DNA of 64,000 nucleotides from Paraspadella gotoi (lineage: Eukaryota > Animalia > Chaetognatha): the NCBI GenBank assembly GCA_051294375.1, contig CM119270.1, positions 2,495,484-2,559,483 of the forward strand. Reading direction: 5' to 3'. Positions 32,081 through 44,741 of the stretch are shown here, piece by piece. Below the pieces are notes generated by a model, which saw only the letters and a program-made list of their open reading frames with translations, had not been told where the DNA came from and did not search any database. Position 1 is the first letter of the stretch. Every line of letters begins with the position of its first letter. The translations under genes were made by a program, and so were the position numbers.

Positions 32081-33905
32081 TTTTTATTTTATATTGTTCT
32101 TGAATTTTCGACGAATTCGGGAATTTCTGACTCGAGCTAAATTTTCAATTGAGTGGGTGTTAAGTGACGTGTGTGGGGAGTGTATGGAGGGGCGGGTTGC
32201 TTTTTCTCAGAAATGGTGTTTTCATAAATTTGATTTTTATTTATTTTTACTGTAGTTTATATTTTGTGTCATTTAATTTCAATTTCTCTAATTTTTTTGA
32301 TATATTGTGTTGCGAATGCACATAGTTTCAAACAATTTGCATTTTACCCCGACAAATTCCCTTTATCAAATTCATCTTTTGTCCTAAATTTAGTTTTTCC
32401 AAACGTCATTCGTTTTCCTAGAGATTACTTTTTTTTTCCCCGAATCGGTTTTGAGGAATTCGTTTTTTGTTTCCGAATGGGCGGTTTGCGGATAATTCAA
32501 TCGATCCAACTTCTTTGAGAGAGAGAGAGAGAGAGAGAGAGATAAAGAAAGGGTTATTTTCCGAATGCGTCTCACTGCCTCAGGTTTAAACGGCCGAGAT
32601 TATCAAACCTCTATAATCTACCTCTTTTCATCTTTCTACTTCAGCCCTACCCCCTACCCCCTTTAAACAACTTACCCCTCTACCTCCCTAACCCTCCTTA
32701 CCTTTTGAACAATTCACCCTCACCACTCCAAATGCACAACGAAATCATTTTTTCATATTTTCTCTATTTCTAATCCTAATCCCTTTCACCTTACTTTATT
32801 TTCTCATTTTACCTTTCTCCCTGACATTCACGATTCTTAATCTCCCCCACCCTCCGCCTCACTCTTTTATCCCACCCCTTGGCTTCTCCTTGCGTGGAAT
32901 TACGGTAAAGATCAAAAAGCAAAGAGTAACAAACCCGACTATTTATAAATTCCTCGATAACTCTATCCCTCTCTCTCTCTCGCCGTAAAAACAAATCTTT
33001 ATCTTCGAAAAAAAAATCTGGATCACATTCGGTATTTATTTAAATTCGATATTTATTTTATTTAACTTTTTTTTTGCTTTTCGCCTCTCGGATTTTTTAA
33101 GAGGAATTCGGACTAGTTCAGGTACGTCATTTGTACATACATACATACATAAATCAATCAGTGATCGCCTGGAAGGCGACTCTAAAAACACTCATTAAAT
33201 CCAAAAGTGTTCTCATTGAACGCAAGTCTACAAGCGTTCCATAGTCGCGCCGCGCTTCAATCTTTGTTCAATAAGTTAAATTCAATTGATTTACTTTCAG
33301 CCGTTTGTTTCGACTCCAATATGTTTACCTTTGTTGATCACGTCATTAGAAAAGTTGATGGCTTTTCGATCAACAACCTTAACAAAAGTATACTCATAAT
33401 ATAGTTATTCCACAAATTTGGCCTATACTCTTCTTGTGGGAAAAATATGGATCTCATACTATTTAGTTAAATTACTGCAATATGCAAATTAGATTAATAA
33501 CTCTTGATTTTTTTTGTGTTGTTGAAAGCTGAATTGTCTAAAATTTCTAAAATTATAAATATCTTGAATAGAATAAACCTTGTAATATTTAGCTCATCCT
33601 TTATTATAACATCGCATATATATTATTGTTTATTTACTTACGTTTAAGACAGCACTAAAAAGTTTTCTGAAAACCTAATAAAAACAAATTATCAACGCAA
33701 TAACCAAGCCAAGTAAGTTTTAAAAAGTCTAAAAAAATAACGAAAGAAAACTAGATTAAATTTGTTGGAAAGATTTACGGTAATATGCAAATGATAATTT
33801 AGGAATGACACCATGGGTCTCGCTTGAAATATTTTAGTATTTTCCCTTTTTAATCTATTGAAAAGGGGGTAGGGGAATGAAAGAGAGATAAGAAAGAGAG
33901 ATAAG

Positions 33906-33965
<60 letters not shown>

Positions 33966-34535
33966 TCCCACCCCCCATTTGATTTCAAGTGTCTCCCATT
34001 CGAATAAAACCTTTTCGCTCGATTCTTTTTAATATTTCCGAGTGGAAGTGAATAGTCGGGTTTGGGAAGAGACGAGGGTGAGGTTAGCTGTTGATGGCGT
34101 TGAGGTTAGAAAGAAAATCGTGAGAGCGAGACGATAGCGGCGAAGGTGGAGAGGGTCAGGTTAGAACGAAAATCGTGAGAGCGAGACGATCGCGAAGGTA
34201 AGGCCAGTGATGTTTTGGGATTTTCGCTTAAAGAGATAAATTCCAATGTCGCGATTTCATTCTTTTCATTTTATGTCGAAGTCATTTCAGGCCATATTTC
34301 AAACCCCGCCGAGACAGCTTTTTTACAAGGTTGTCACTTGTCCGCTTTCAGAGATCGCTTCTCACTATCGAGTACTTAATACGCTTTTTAAAACCACTTT
34401 TATCGAATCAACTTGTATGCGTTAAGAAATCGCTTCTCACCATCGAGTACCGAGTACGCTTTTCAAAACCATTTCATACTCGATCAATCCATTTATTATA
34501 CACTGCATCCGATGATTATGTCACTTGTCACTTGT

Positions 34536-34613
34536 CCGCTTCACCTGATCACCGCTTCACAAGATCACCCCTTCACAAGATCACCCCTTCACAAGATCAC
34601 CCCTTCACAAGAT
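34536..34613. repeat. 16-bp tandem repeat CTTCACAAGATCACCC, 4-5 copies
   Basis: Read directly. Nearby local duplications occur at ~34355/34430 (atcgcttctcac.atcgagtac) and ~34105/34160 (gaaaatcgtgagagcgagacgat). Confidence 0.9.
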
Positions 34614-35548
34614 CTCATTAAGACGCTTAAACTTTATTCTGGACCAAAATTGACTTAACATGACTCGTCGTTACTCATCATTTCTTAAAACTATTTATCC
34701 AAAAATCAGCCACACATACTTCCACGTCAGCACTATTCTTACCCCCCCCCCAAATCCCACTTTCCCCGATTCCACCTTCACAATCGGAGACCTCTAGCGG
34801 GTGACGTATTGCGGCGCCATTTGAGTCGAATGGTTCTCGATCGAGCGCCACTTTTTNNNNNNNNNNNNNNNNNNNNNNNNNNNNNNNNNNNNNNNNNNNN
34901 NNNNNNNNNNNNNNNNNNNNNNNNNNNNNNNNNNNNNNNNNNNNNNNNNNNNNNNNNNNNNNNNNNNNNNNNNNNNNNNNNNNNNNNNNNNNNNNNNNNN
35001 NNNNNNNNNNNNNNNNNNNNNNNNNNNNNNNNNNNNNNNNNNNNNNNNNNNNNNNNNNNNNNNAAAAAAAAACCCACAAAGAAAAATATGTTTTTTTTAT
35101 GGGACAAGAATAAAAAAATATTATTTCGACCTGAAAAAGGAAGAAGATAGAAATAAAGGGAACAAATTTNNNNNNNNNNNNNNNNNNNNNNNNNNNNNNN
35201 NNNNNNNNNNNNNNNNNNNNNNNNNNNNNNNNNNNNNNNNNNNNNNNNNNNNNNNNNNNNNNNNNNNNNNNNNNNNNNNNNNNNNNNNNNNNNNNNNNNN
35301 NNNNNNNNNNNNNNNNNNNNNNNNNNNNNNNNNNNNNNNNNNNNNNNNNNNNNNNNNNNNNNNNNNNNNNNNNNNNNNNNNNNNNNNNNNNNNNNNNNNN
35401 NNNNNNNNNNNNNNNNNNNNNNNNNNCACCAAGGAAATATACATTGGATCGGCCTCTAGTCTTCGCTTTAGATAAACACTCATCAAATATTTTTCCTCTT
35501 CTCTTGCAAATTATTTATTCACGACGAAGACGCACATTCGAGGTCATT

Positions 35549-35584
<36 letters not shown>

Positions 35585-38450
35585 TTCATCCTGGGATTAT
35601 CGCCATCGACGGAGAAGACCTTCTGACATGTTGTGACAGGATTTTGTGATATCAATGTTAAATCTTTATGAGAAGATTTTGACATCAGCACCGTTGCTTT
35701 TCTTTCCTCCGTCTCACGGAGGACATGTTTAATTCACGTTTTATAAAGTCTCNNNNNNNNNNNNNNNNNNNNNNNNNNNNNNNNNNNNNNNNNNNNNNNN
35801 NNNNNNNNNNNNNNNNNNNNNNNNNNNNNNNNNNNNNNNNNNNNNNNNNNNNNNNNNNNNNNNNNNNNNNNNNNNNNNNNNNNNNNNNNNNNNNNNNNNN
35901 NNNNNNNNNNNNNNNNNNNNNNNNNNNNNNNNNNNNNNNNNNNNNNNNNNNNNNNNNNNNNNNNNNNNNNNNNNNNNNNNNNNNNNNNNNNNNNNNNNNN
36001 NNNNNNNNNNNNNNNNNNNNNNNNNNNNNNNNNNNNNNNNNNNNNNNNNNNNNNNNNNNNNNNNNNNNNNNNNNNNNNNNNNNNNNAAACTCCCTCGACA
36101 TCTGTCGGTGAGTCGAAGAAACGGTGCACGTTCGCCAGCGACTGAATTCGTCACGTGCGAATTGTTTATCGTGCACACGCACGCAAGCAATCGTTTCAGG
36201 GACTAAACAAGCTAATATTGAGACATAGCTTTTGAGAGATTTGCTTTTAGGCGAAAGAGCGAATTAGGCGATTCTTGATATCGAAATGACTCACTCACAC
36301 ATACAAGTGACCACTAATGACTAATCAGGTTTGGACGTCAAAGAGATTCTTCCATCTTTTTTTCACGATCCCAACTTCATAAAATTTCCTTCTTTATTAT
36401 TTTCAAAAGTCGACAGATTTTTCAATAAAACCTTTGAAGAAGAATTGACTTCATAATTTCCATCTCCCGCTTATCGAACGTCGCTCGGACAGATTTCAAA
36501 GTCAGGAGGAAGTCTGGAAAGTCACGAGCTGTGAATCCTGCGCACCTTTGTGAAAACTCATGGGCGGTCGTAGCGGGGGGGGAGTTGGAGTGCTTCGTTT
36601 AAGGATCTCCAATATCCCTTCAAGAACAAAAGCCGGGCGAACGTCCGGCCGAGTGGTTGCCACTTTTAGCAGCTAATTCGGATTTGGAAGAGGAAGCAGT
36701 AGAGTCGAATTCATTAATATGATACAAAAGCTTTAAAAATTGTAAACGAGGAATTTACTGTCTTAAATACATTTGCCGACATATTTTCTTCGTATTTAGA
36801 ACAGCAAATCTCAATAGGAAAATATAAAAATAGGTACAATTGATATTATATTACCGATTTATTTATTAAAAAAGCTACTTATCTTATATATTTTTTATAT
36901 TTTTCTTTTAACTTTTCTAAAGAAATGAATCTTTCCTTTTTTAACCCCAAAGTCTTCCTCTTCTCCTTTCCTCTGCCTTTTTGCCCGCAGCTCGAATAGA
37001 GCAGCCAACGGAGCGCCGGGCAGCGTGCCGGGCAGTGGGCCGGGCAGCGTGCCGGACAGCGGGCGAGACTGCACGCCGGTCAGNNNNNNNNNNNNNNNNN
37101 NNNNNNNNNNNNNNNNNNNNNNNNNNNNNNNNNNNNNNNNNNNNNNNNNNNNNNNNNNNNNNNNNNNNNNNNNNNNNNNNNNNNNNNNNNNNNNNNNNNN
37201 NNNNNNNNNNNNNNNNNNNNNNNNNNNNNNNNNNNNNNNNNNNNNNNNNNNNNNNNNNNNNNNNNNNNNNNNNNNNNNNNNNNNNNNNNNNNNNNNNNNN
37301 NNNNNNNNNNNNNNNNNNNNNNNNNNNNNNNNNNNNNNNNNNNNNNNNNNNNNNNNNNNNNNNNNNNNNNNNNNNNNNNNNNNNNNNNNNNNNNNNNNNN
37401 NNNNNNNNNNNNNNNNNNNNNNNNNNNNNNNNNNNNNNNNNNNNNNNNNNNNNNNNNNNNNNNNNNNNNNNNNNNNNNNNNNNNNNNNNNNNNNNNNNNN
37501 NNNNNNNNNNNNNNNNNNNNNNNNNNNNNNNNNNNNNNNNNNNNNNNNNNNNNNNNNNNNNNNNNNNNNNNNNNNNNNNNNNNNNNNNNNNNNNNNNNNN
37601 NNNNNNNNNNNNNNNNNNNNNNNNNNNNNNNNNNNNNNNNNNNNNNNNNNNNNNNNNNNNNNNNNNNNNNNNNNNNNNNNNNNNNNNNNNNNNNNNNNNN
37701 NNNNNNNNNNNNNNNNNNNNNNNNNNNNNNNNNNNNNNNNNNNNNNNNNNNNNNNNNNNNNNNNNNNNNNNNNNNNNNNNNNNNNNNNNNNNNNNNNNNN
37801 NNNNNNNNNNNNNNNNNNNNNNNNNNNNNNNNNNNNNNNNNNNNNNNNNNNNNNNNNNNNNNNNNNNNNNNNNNNNNNNNNNNNNNNNNNNNNNNNNNNN
37901 NNNNNNNNNNNNNNNNNNNNNNNNNNNNNNNNNNNNNNNNNNNNNNNNNNNNNNNGCCGCAGATATTAACTCGGGAATTCGATGTTTTACGCGGTTTTTA
38001 TCCTCGTTTTATCATTTTATCCTCGTTTTATCTTTTTTTTCCAACTCAATATTTCGAGTTTTAAGGGTCATTTTCATTCGCGTGGATCCAAATGTCTTCG
38101 TCCGTCCGTCTAACGAGGTCGTGCGTCAGAGGTTGAATCGTGCGGGTTACAGATCTACATTGAGCTTTTAGGCGCCAATATTTTTTTGATTAATTTTTCA
38201 TTTGTGAAAGTGGAAGAAACTGTATTTACTTTAAAATTAATAATACTAAAATCATGAAAAAAATTCCCAAAATTCACAAAAATTGATCGAGTCTCATTTG
38301 TGAGATTTAAACGCGACTTAAACTTAAAGTCAGATTAGATTAGATTTAGAATAGAGTCAGATATTAATTTTTCACCGCTCTAACTTACCCCCCAACCCTT
38401 CTCCCCTCTACATCCGGAGCCCCTCACCTCTGCCTCACCCTCAAACTCAC

Positions 38451-38841
38451 CGTCAACGTCCAAGTCGGCGTCTTCCTCGGGTGAGGTTTCGTCCTCACCC
38501 GAGTGAGTTTCACGAGGTGAATTGTCGACGGCGTTGAGCGGCGGACTGTTTCTCGGAAAACCGCCGCCGCCGGGATGCTGCAGTTGATGCAGTCCGTGGT
38601 GCTGTTGCGACGCCACCAGATGCTGCAATTGATGCTGCAATTGATGCTGCAAGGCGTTAACGTCGGCCGCCAGCGGATGGTGGCGGGGAAAAGAGGCGGC
38701 TGGGGCGGAGCCCGGCGGCGCCCGCAGCGGGAATTGCGAGAGAGGGGGGAGATTGTGCAGCAGCGGTGAGGCATGCTGAAAGCATTTGAGGATGTCCGTC
38801 TGCAACGGAACCGGGGGTAAGTTCGGCATCATCGTATCCAT
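38451..38841 (-). CDS. First coding exon of a putative transcription factor (MDTMMPNLPPVPLQTDILKCFQHASPLLHNLPPLSQF... Q/H/P-rich, then acidic EEDADLDVDG)
   Basis: GC-rich, non-microsatellite ORF with ATG at 38841 and a TATA box ~100 bp upstream. Ends at a consensus donor GACG|GTGAGT (intron starts 38450, phase 1), matching the phase-1 acceptor at 31729. The low-complexity Q/H/P plus acidic composition is typical of metazoan transcription-factor N-termini. Family not recognised. Confidence 0.8.
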
Positions 38842-38940
38842 TGGAAGGTAAGTGTGTCGGGGGCACGAATGAGACGGAGTCGGGATGACGAAGATTACGA
38901 GAAAAAAAAGGTAAGTTTGGGTAAAGTCCGTCTGGTGAAG

Positions 38941-38948
38941 TTTTTATA
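38941..38948 (-). promoter_or_regulatory. TATA box (TATAAAAA) of the minus-strand gene
   Basis: Plus strand tttttata = minus TATAAAAA, ~100 bp upstream of ATG 38841. Confidence 0.55.
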
Positions 38949-40307
38949 GCGAGGGTTGAATCGGGAAATTTGTTTTGTTCACAGAGTGACGAAGAATCAC
39001 ATTCACAAACGAAGAATCACATTCACAAATTCGTTGACTTTGGAATTCGTTGATATGTCGATTGTTGTCCAAGTCGATATGTGCAATAAAGATGACTTTT
39101 TAGCCGAAAGAAGTTGATTTTTTTTCCTAATATTTCATGCAAAGCGAAAACTCAGTTGCGGTCTTGATTAAAATCACATAATTTTTTTTCCCAAGAGGTA
39201 GATCGTTCATTTCAATCCCATTGTTTTTTTTTCAAAGGTTTTTGATGTTATTATTTCAATGAAATCGCTGATATGTTCGGTCGTTGGCGAAAATTCTCAA
39301 TTCTGCCGATTTCCTACGCCACTGATGTCGTCGCTGATGGAAAAATAAAATCACAAAATTTCTTGAAAGAATTTTTAAAAAATTAGTCAAAGTGAAATAA
39401 TGTTATTATTACTTCTTCTTTTTTTTTTTAGCTTCCTGCGTCGGGAAGCATAAAAGGAAAAAAGCGAATGAGGGAAATAAATTCCTCTCTCTCTCTCTCT
39501 CTCTATCGTCTCGTCGTGCGTCTCTCTGTCTCCCTCCCACTTTTTTTCTCTCTCGTCTCCATCTCTCTCTCGTTCCTTCTCTCGTTCCCTCTCGCTCTCC
39601 CTCTTTCTCATCCCTATTCCTTCGAACCCTCGGGTTTAGCGAGGCGGNNNNNNNNNNNNNNNNNNNNNNNNNNNNNNNNNNNNNNNNNNNNNNNNNNNNN
39701 NNNNNNNNNNNNNNNNNNNNNNNNNNNNNNNNNNNNNNNNNNNNNNNNNNNNNNNNNNNNNNNNNNNNNNNNNNNNNNNNNNNNNNNNNNNNNNNNNNNN
39801 NNNNNNNNNNNNNNNNNNNNNNNNNNNNNNNNNNNNNNNNNNNNNNNNNNNNNNNNNNNNNNNNNNNNNNNNNNNNNNNNNNNNNNNNNNNNNNNNNNNN
39901 NNNNNNNNNNNNNNNNNNNNNNNNNNNNNNNNNNNNNNNNNNNNNNNNNNNNNNNNNNNNNNNNNNNNNNNNNNNNNNNNNNNNNNNNNNNNNNNNNNNN
40001 NNNNNNNNNNNAGTGTCGGTCATTGAATAAAAAAAGGTAAGTGAGATGTAGGGAGAAAGTAAAGTAGACGGGTAAGTTAAAAAGGGAAGACCGTCGAAGG
40101 TAAGTTGAGGCGAGAATCTCAAAAGTCATAATAATTGTTGTTGTTGTTGTCGTTATCGCTGTCGACGTTGCATCTTTTTTTTAACGCTTGCCGTTTTTTT
40201 CTATTCTTTCCAGAAACTAAGAAAAAAGATTAATGAAAAGAAATAAAAGAAAAAAAAAATTTTTGATTTTTTCGAATCGATTAGAAAGTCGATAACTTCT
40301 TTCTCTT

Positions 40308-40308
40308 T

Positions 40309-40363
<55 letters not shown>
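40308..40363. repeat. (GTC)n microsatellite (others at ~28408-28452, ~35549-35584, ~42740-42865, ~48686-48710)
   Basis: Read directly. Confidence 0.95.
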
Positions 40364-42748
40364 GGCCGATCTTGAGATACGAGTATCACATCTCATTCTC
40401 TTTTGTTCACAAAATTCCTCCAATGACGACGAATCTCGAATTGTGACGATTGTTGTGAAAGAGTCTGTGATTGAGATCTCGTGATTCCATTCACAGTCTC
40501 TTTGACTTCACGCACTGAAGAAACAGTTTGTCTCTGATTTTTCTAGTTTTGAATTCGTGAATTGGAGCAAAGCAAAGAGGGAGAGACAAACATTGTCATC
40601 TCGTTTTATCAAATTGAATTGTCTTTACAAATATTAATTGTATAGTAGTAATATTAGTGTAGTAGTAGTAGTAGTAGTATTTGTATTAGTATTAGTAGTA
40701 TTAGTAGTAGAAGAAGTACTATTAACAAAGCTATAAAGAGTAGAAGCAGTAGAAGACCTAACAATGCAAAAATTAATCATTTTTGTTTATGAATGAATAT
40801 TTTTTTTACTCACTAGTTTGCACAGATTTAATACTATTGTGTAAATCCTTTCATACGGTATTCATAGCCAGTGATACCTTACTCAGTGCCTTACCTTATT
40901 CATAGCCAGTGATACCTTACTCAAAAAAACTGTCAGTAATTTTCTGCTTAAATCACAATTGTTGTCTTTTTACTAAAATGTTCCATTTAAATGAACAAAG
41001 ACTCAAAGAACCATAATATTTTTTTTGATAACTCAATCTTATTGTTCCGCCGATTTCTTTGATTCCTGAAAAAATGCAACAGCAATCTCCCGTAACTCCG
41101 TTGGTCTCATGGCAAACAACTCGCTCGCAATATTTTCGTGGAGTCGATGGTCATTGTTTGGGCGCTCTTGCCGCCGCCGCCCCCGCCGCCCCGCCGCCGC
41201 CGCCGTCGCCTCCCTGGCGCCGCCACAGCCGCCGCAGCCGCCCCAACGAAAGAGAGAGCGCAATGAACCCGTGATTAAAGACGGAAGGAACAACCAGCGC
41301 GCCCGAGCGGTGATAAATGGAACGAGTAAATCAAAGAATCCAAAGGAACAAAAGGCAAACGGCGAGAAGGAGAAAAGGGAGGAAAAAGAAAGGAAAGGGA
41401 GGAAGGGGAATAAAGAAAAGGGAGGAAGGGGGAAAGAGAAGGAGAAGGAAAGAAAAAGATTTTGACGTAATTTATCTTGAAACGAAGAATAAAAACGGAG
41501 GCGGNNNNNNNNNNNNNNNNNNNNNNNNNNNNNNNNNNNNNNNNNNNNNNNNNNNNNNNNNNNNNNNNNNNNNNNNNNNNNNNNNNNNNNNNNNNNNNNN
41601 NNNNNNNNNNNNNNNNNNNNNNNNNNNNNNNNNNNNNNNNNNNNNNNNNNNNNNNNNNNNNNNNNNNNNNNNNNNNNNNNNNNNNNNNNNNNNNNNNNNN
41701 NNNNNNNNNTGAAAAGTCGACGTGGTGAAAACGTTGAGGTCGATTTCACATTTTTGCGGAAATAAAAAACGAATTTTGTAAAATCTGGATTCGAGGTTAA
41801 TATTGGAAATGACAGCAATAGTATTTATCTCTTGTACTATGAGTTGTAGTAGATTTATTCCAGAGCAAGAGCATTTATAAAATGAAAGCAAATTCCAAAC
41901 AAAGAACTACAATACAGGAGGCAACTATAAATGTCTCTCTCTTTGCGCTCTTCTTAAATATCCTTTTTTTNNNNNNNNNNNNNNNNNNNNNNNNNNNNNN
42001 NNNNNNNNNNNNNNNNNNNNNNNNNNNNNNNNNNNNNNNNNNNNNNNNNNNNNNNNNNNNNNNNNNNNNNNNNNNNNNNNNNNNNNNNNNNNNNNNNNNN
42101 NNNNNNNNNNNNNNNNNNNNNNNNNNNNNNNNNNNNNNNNNNNNNNNNNNNNNNNNNNNNNNNNNNNNNNNNNNNNNNNNNNNNNNNNNNNNNNNNNNNN
42201 NNNNNNNNNNNNNNNNNNNNNNNNNNNNNNNNNNNGAGAGAGAGAGAGAGAGATAGAGATAGACAAAGAAAGATGGGGGAATAATGCTTGAGACAGTTAA
42301 ACGTTATGTTTATCAGTTGTTGAATATTTTATTTTTGTAAGTTTCGTTAGAGTCATAAATCATATTCGTGATATTGTGATTGTGATTGTGATTGTGATTG
42401 TGATTGTGATTGTGAGTCGAGACGTCGATTCACTTTTAATCTCAGATTTCTGAGATTCGTGATTCGATTCCAGACTCAGAAAAAAAAAGTCGGGACTATC
42501 ACGGATCCTCATTCATTCTCGACGACGACGACGACGACGACGACGTCGACGACGACAACATCAAAAATTCATTTTCGATTCGCGTAAAAAGACGTCGTTT
42601 GATGTCATTTGACGTCGATTGACGTCAACGAGACGTCATCGACTTCGGACTTCCAACCGGGAATCGAACCCGTGACCTCGACCATCTCATGACGGACTTT
42701 TTTTTTTCAGCCGCCGAAATGGGACGCGTCATTGGAAGACGACGATGA

Positions 42749-42780
<32 letters not shown>

Positions 42781-44297
42781 ACCAAAACCGAAACGACCCC
42801 GGCGGCGGCGACATGAAGATTTTCCGCTCCAGCGACGATGACGACGACGACGACGACGACGACCGTGGAGCTAATCCCATCAAAATTTTAAAAAGCGAAA
42901 GTTTTGGCCGCGGGGTCGACAAATGAGATCGAGAAAAAAAGTTGAATGAGATGATGATTTTTTTTGTTCATTTGTTGTTCGAGTTTGATTTGATTCCTTT
43001 TTTTGGTTTTTTCGATTTATAATTTTTATTTATTTTTAAGGCTATCGGTTAATGCGGTGTCGTTGGAGAGAATTTTAAACATTAATTTGGCTTATTTTTT
43101 TTTAAATTCTTCAATTTTCCTTGTTGACTCACTAGCTCGTTTTTCGTTTTTCAAGCTTCTTATGAAGTTGGTACAACCAATATAAAATTATCTATTCATT
43201 AATTTATTAATTATTTATTTTATTTATTCGTCTTCCTCGTCTTTCTCTCACCCTTACTCCCTCTCTTCCCCTTCCTCCCCCTCTTCCCCTTCCTCCCTTC
43301 CTCCGTCGCTAGAGAAATAAAGGGTCAGCGTCGTCGAAAGGTGTTCAAACAAAGAAGTCGACTGGACGGATAAACGAACGGACGGACGGACGGACAAACG
43401 AACGGACGCGATAAACAACCGCCTTTTACATCTTTATTGTCCCCTGGCATTACGAGAGGNNNNNNNNNNNNNNNNNNNNNNNNNNNNNNNNNNNNNNNNN
43501 NNNNNNNNNNNNNNNNNNNNNNNNNNNNNNNNNNNNNNNNNNNNNNNNNNNNNNNNNNNNNNNNNNNNNNNNNNNNNNNNNNNNNNNNNNNNNNNNNNNN
43601 NNNNNNNNNNNNNNNNNNNNNNNNNNNNNNNNNNNNNNNNNNNNNNNNNNNNNNNNNNNNNNNNNNNNNNNNNNNNNNNNNNNNNNNNNNNNNNNNNNNN
43701 NNNNNNNNNNNNNNNNNNNNNNNNNNNNNNNNNNNNNNNNNNNNNNNNNNNNNNNNNNNNNNNAGAGAGAGAGAGAGAGAGAGAGAGAATCAATTTCCAG
43801 TCTTAACCATGGAATTTATTGCAGCGGAAAAGAATGATGCAGGGTTGAAAGAGGAAATGTGAGGGAAAGAACAAAAATGTTGAGGGAAGAAATGAAAGGT
43901 TAAGCGACTGGAAGAAAAGGGAGGAAAGGAAAGGAATGAAGAGGAGAGGGAAGGAGGAAGAGGAGGAGGAAGAGGAAAAGAAGTTTGTATTGAGCTTTTA
44001 AAAAAAGGGTTTTAAGTTTTGTTAATAATATTTATCGTCTTGATTCACGTTTTACTTTTTCTGTTTAAGATTTTTTTTTTGAACTATGACTTAAATACTT
44101 GTACCTGCAGTTCCGTTAGTTAATAAAGGTTTTATTTAACTTACTAAGTTAATAAGAACGACGAAAGCAACAACAAAAACAACAACAACAATACGAAACG
44201 CAGCTGAAACAACTGAAGCCAAAAAAAAGTCGAACCAAAAAATAACAGAAATGACGAAGACCAAGAGAAATAACAATTGAAGCCAAGAAATTTGCTT

Positions 44298-44299
<2 letters not shown>

Positions 44300-44392
<93 letters not shown>
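44300..44392. repeat. (CT)n microsatellite
   Basis: Perfect dinucleotide run. Confidence 0.97.
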
Positions 44393-44394
<2 letters not shown>

Positions 44395-44710
44395 CGGCCT
44401 GAGGGAAGCCAGCAGAAAATCGGTTTGACATTTTTTCGGATTGAGAAAGTCACTCTAATGTAAACGAGCCCAGCCCAACTTGACTTAGACTGACACCATT
44501 AAATTGAACCGATTGAAACGAGGGAGAAAGGGGAGGAAAAGTAAGAGAGAGAGAGAGAGAGANNNNNNNNNNNNNNNNNNNNNNNNNNNNNNNNNNNNNN
44601 NNNNNNNNNNNNNNNNNNNNNNNNNNNNNNNNNNNNNNNNNNNNNNNNNNNNNNNNNNNNNNNNNNNNNNNNNNNNNNNNNNNNNNNNNNNNNNNNNNNN
44701 NNNNNNNNNN

Positions 44711-44741
<31 letters not shown>

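Noticed and set aside
42657-42679. Minus-strand GAGGTCACGGGTTCGATTCCCGG resembling a tRNA T-arm / Pol III B-box
   Set aside because: No A-box, D-arm, anticodon arm or acceptor stem in the flanks; at most a SINE remnant.
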